25,285 nt of DNA from Anthoceros angustus. Its lineage: Eukaryota; Plantae; Anthocerotophyta. Where the stretch lies: the NCBI GenBank assembly GCA_010909165.1, contig VJWM01000383.1, positions 1 to 25,285 on the forward strand. The letters run 5' to 3'. The notes under the pieces were generated by a model, which did not search any database, was not told the origin of the DNA, and was given only the letters and a program-made list of their open reading frames with translations. Every line of letters begins with the position of its first letter. Position 1 is the first letter of the stretch. The translations under genes and the position numbers were made by a program. This document shows positions 22,917-25,285 of this stretch, piece after piece.

Positions 22917-23360
22917 GGCCTTATAAGCAGGATTCCTCCTTAGGTTGGCAGGAGATCCCCCTACTGCAGCCTTCTAGCCCGCCCCTTGCCAGATCTCCAT
23001 GAAAATAACACGGAGCAGATGCGTTGCTTGCTGTGAGAGCCCAAATAAGGCAATGAAATACGGAATACGAAGATGGACATCACTATCTACAGCGAGCGCC
23101 TCGGAAGAAGGCCGTCAGCCCCCCGTCGATGCAGCCAAGCTGAGCCATTTACAGCGAATCCTGTCCGGAACACTGCAAACGGGTTCGACGATGATGACTT
23201 CAATGGAGTGAAGCCAGTGAAACGACAGTCGACAAGACCACCAACTTTTAAGGGAAACGAAAATGGTATTATTCCGTATGAAACATATAGGGAACGTGGA
23301 GACTTTATAAATATGCGGAGATAGAGGTCCATCCACAAGAACAAGCCCGAGGTCCAGACC

Positions 23361-23550
23361 TATTATATATATATATAATTTATATATATGTATATATAGT
23401 ACTTTCTCTTCACATCGAAGTATAGAAAGAGAGAAAGCTTAATATAAAAAATAGTAATAATAAGTATGATTAATATTATTATAGTTATATATTTACTTAT
23501 ATGGTCATAAAGTTTTAAATATCTGATATATAATAAAAAATATTAAACCA
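23361..23550 (-). promoter_or_regulatory. AT-rich region with (TA)n and TATA-like sequence upstream of the GNOM-like gene
   Basis: (TA)n runs at 23364-23398 and very low GC to ~23550, about 450 bp upstream of the inferred start. Confidence 0.4.
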
Positions 23551-24124
23551 AAAGGTGAGAGGTTGTTCAATTTCTCTAGTTCTCGTTGGTCATGTGTAAT
23601 AATGCATTCTCCGACTTCTTCCTTGAATGGAAAAGAGATAGAGCATTATTTTGACATGCATGAGTCTTGATGAATTAAATAAGCTCAATAAAAAAAAGGC
23701 AAGCTAATTGTGTACCCAGCAGGAGAAGTTAAACAAGCTATTGTGTAGAAGAAGAAGGAGAGGAAGAATTGTTCGGTGCCCACGTATTTAGTGCTACTTA
23801 TACATATTTAAGATGCAAATCACTTTGTACACAAGTGGGCACCGCTATTACCAATCCTCTTCTGGTCCTTACATCCAGCTTACTTCCTGGTTGACCACAA
23901 GGTTAACGATGTGCCCATCGCCAACAACCTCATGCCTGCTAACCTCTAAGTGACAAAATTCACTCGCTTTGAGACTCTTGCACAACGCGGAGTAAGACTT
24001 CTTAGTCTCCTTTTTTTCAATTTTTTTGTAATATAATACTATCCATTTTAGGCCGTACAGTTCGATACTTATAGGCACTCATAGCACCTAGTATCGGTGG
24101 ATGCCATAGCGACATAGCGATCAC

Positions 24125-24252
24125 TAAAAGCCATCAAGTTCACAAATTCCAACAAATGTCTTTCAACCAGTGTGGTTCAGGGCTGGATTAAAAGCCATCA
24201 AGTTCACAAATTCCAACAAATGTCTTTCAACCAGTGTGGTTCAGGGCTGGAT
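24125..24252. repeat. Exact 64-bp tandem duplication
   Basis: TAAAAGCCATCAAGTTCACAAATTCC...GGTTCAGGGCTGGAT occurs at 24125 and 24189. Confidence 0.95.
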
Positions 24253-24359
24253 TATTAGGACTACGACATGTCAATGGTAACCGCTTGTGGCATAACAAGG
24301 ACGAGGGAAATCCAGATTTTGATTTTTCAATGATTTTGAGGTTCAATAAATTAGCATGT

Positions 24360-24654
24360 ACATCGTCCTGGCTCTCGCTCTCTCACAGCTCGCTCACGCT
24401 CTGCTCTCTCACGCTCTCACAAGCTCCCTGCTCCTCGCTCTCGCTCAGCTCACAAGCTCCTCGCTCTCACAGGCTCACAGGCTCTCGCTCTCACTCAGGT
24501 TTCAGGCTCGACTCCTCTCACAGTTTCAGGCTCAGACTCTCTCTCACAGGCTCAAGGCTCAATTTTCAAGGCTCACGGCTCACACAAGCTCTCACAGTGC
24601 TCATAGGCTCTCACACGCTCAGGCTCGCACACACTCTTGCACACACACACAACT

Positions 24655-24685
<31 letters not shown>

Positions 24686-24795
24686 GCCATTCCCGGACAG
24701 ACTCCCACAAACAAACATGGGGCCATTCCCCAGACACACACTCACAAACATTGGGGCCATTCCCCAGACACACACAAAGGGACATTCCCACAAAA
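24360..24795. repeat. Low-complexity CTCAC/GGCTC tract, (CA)n microsatellite and GCCATTCCCCAGACAC repeats
   Basis: Degenerate CTCACA/GCTC units at 24360-24650, (CA)n at ~24655-24682, then 3-4 copies of G(C/A)CATTCCC at 24686-24790. Confidence 0.85.
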
Positions 24796-24850
24796 AGCCG
24801 ATGTCGTATCAATTTCTAAGAGTTTCTAAGGAGCAACTAAAAGCACCAAA

Positions 24851-25188
24851 CTAGAATTCCTCGCTCCTTGATCTCTTCAAATTGGACTTGATTGAAGCCT
24901 CATTTCCCTTCCTCTTCATGCTCTTCACCCTTGATGACTTGAGCTCTTTGGCGTAGTCCGGACCTAGCTTCACAGCGTTGAGCTTCAAGTTCTGTCGTCC
25001 GATTCGATGAGAGGCCATGAGATTGAAAAACTTTTCCCTGCATTTAGAGAGGATACCTCAACCTCTTCAAATTCTTCCACCTCTTCCACGAGATGGAGTG
25101 GTTCAACTTCAACAAGTACTTCATCGGGCTTCGTTCCACGGTTGACCACACTTGGGAGGTTAAGGCTTCCCAGGGGCGGAGGCCACCG
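24851..25188 (-). CDS. Last two exons of an unknown gene entering from beyond the right edge
   Basis: Exon 25057-25188 (44 codons, RWPPPLG...EEVEEFEEVE) follows a TTGCAG acceptor. A 65-nt GT-AG intron spans 24992-25056. Exon 24851-24991 reads NLKLNAVK...KRSRSEEF*. All joins are phase 0 and stop-free. Confidence 0.55.
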
Positions 25189-25285
25189 CTGCAAGAATCG
25201 AATATGTTACCAAGCGGTGTTACAACAAAGCAGACTTGAAAGATCTTCTATAAGAACTACGAGGAGAAAGATCCTCACTTAACCC

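Noticed and set aside
2040-23576. Possible TIR pair GAGAATTGACCTTTTGGT (2040) and the inverted 23547-23576 enclosing GNOM
   Set aside because: It needs a ~10-nt gap, similarity does not extend inward and no TSD is present.
24234-24854. 206-aa and 157-aa + strand ORFs
   Set aside because: They are translations of CTCAC/(CA)n low-complexity sequence.

Overview
Eukaryotic land-plant genomic DNA. Several 54-101 nt GT-AG introns and the GNOM-like sequence suggest a non-seed plant such as Selaginella (inference). The only confidently recognisable host gene is a GNOM/GBF-type large ARF-GEF on the minus strand (~18207-22916, one 101-nt intron). It carries about ten small indels but keeps its conserved motifs, which suggests sequencing or consensus errors, so every frameshift in the window needs that caveat. 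The first ~17.4 kb looks like a nest of insertions. An old minus-strand gene encoding a ParB/Srx-like domain (13203-16072, possibly resuming at 2017 and below) is bordered by an ~11.2-kb element with GGGG...CCCC ends (2018-13202). That element carries a large, multi-exon orphan gene and an AACCTTGGCCTTG motif array. One of the orphan gene's ~55-60-nt introns is split by a 4.3-kb GC-rich TG...CA insertion (3559-7857). The window also holds LTR remnants, several short tandem duplications, a pre-miRNA-like hairpin downstream of GNOM and the last two exons of an unknown gene at the right edge. All calls come from manual reading, with no database searches.
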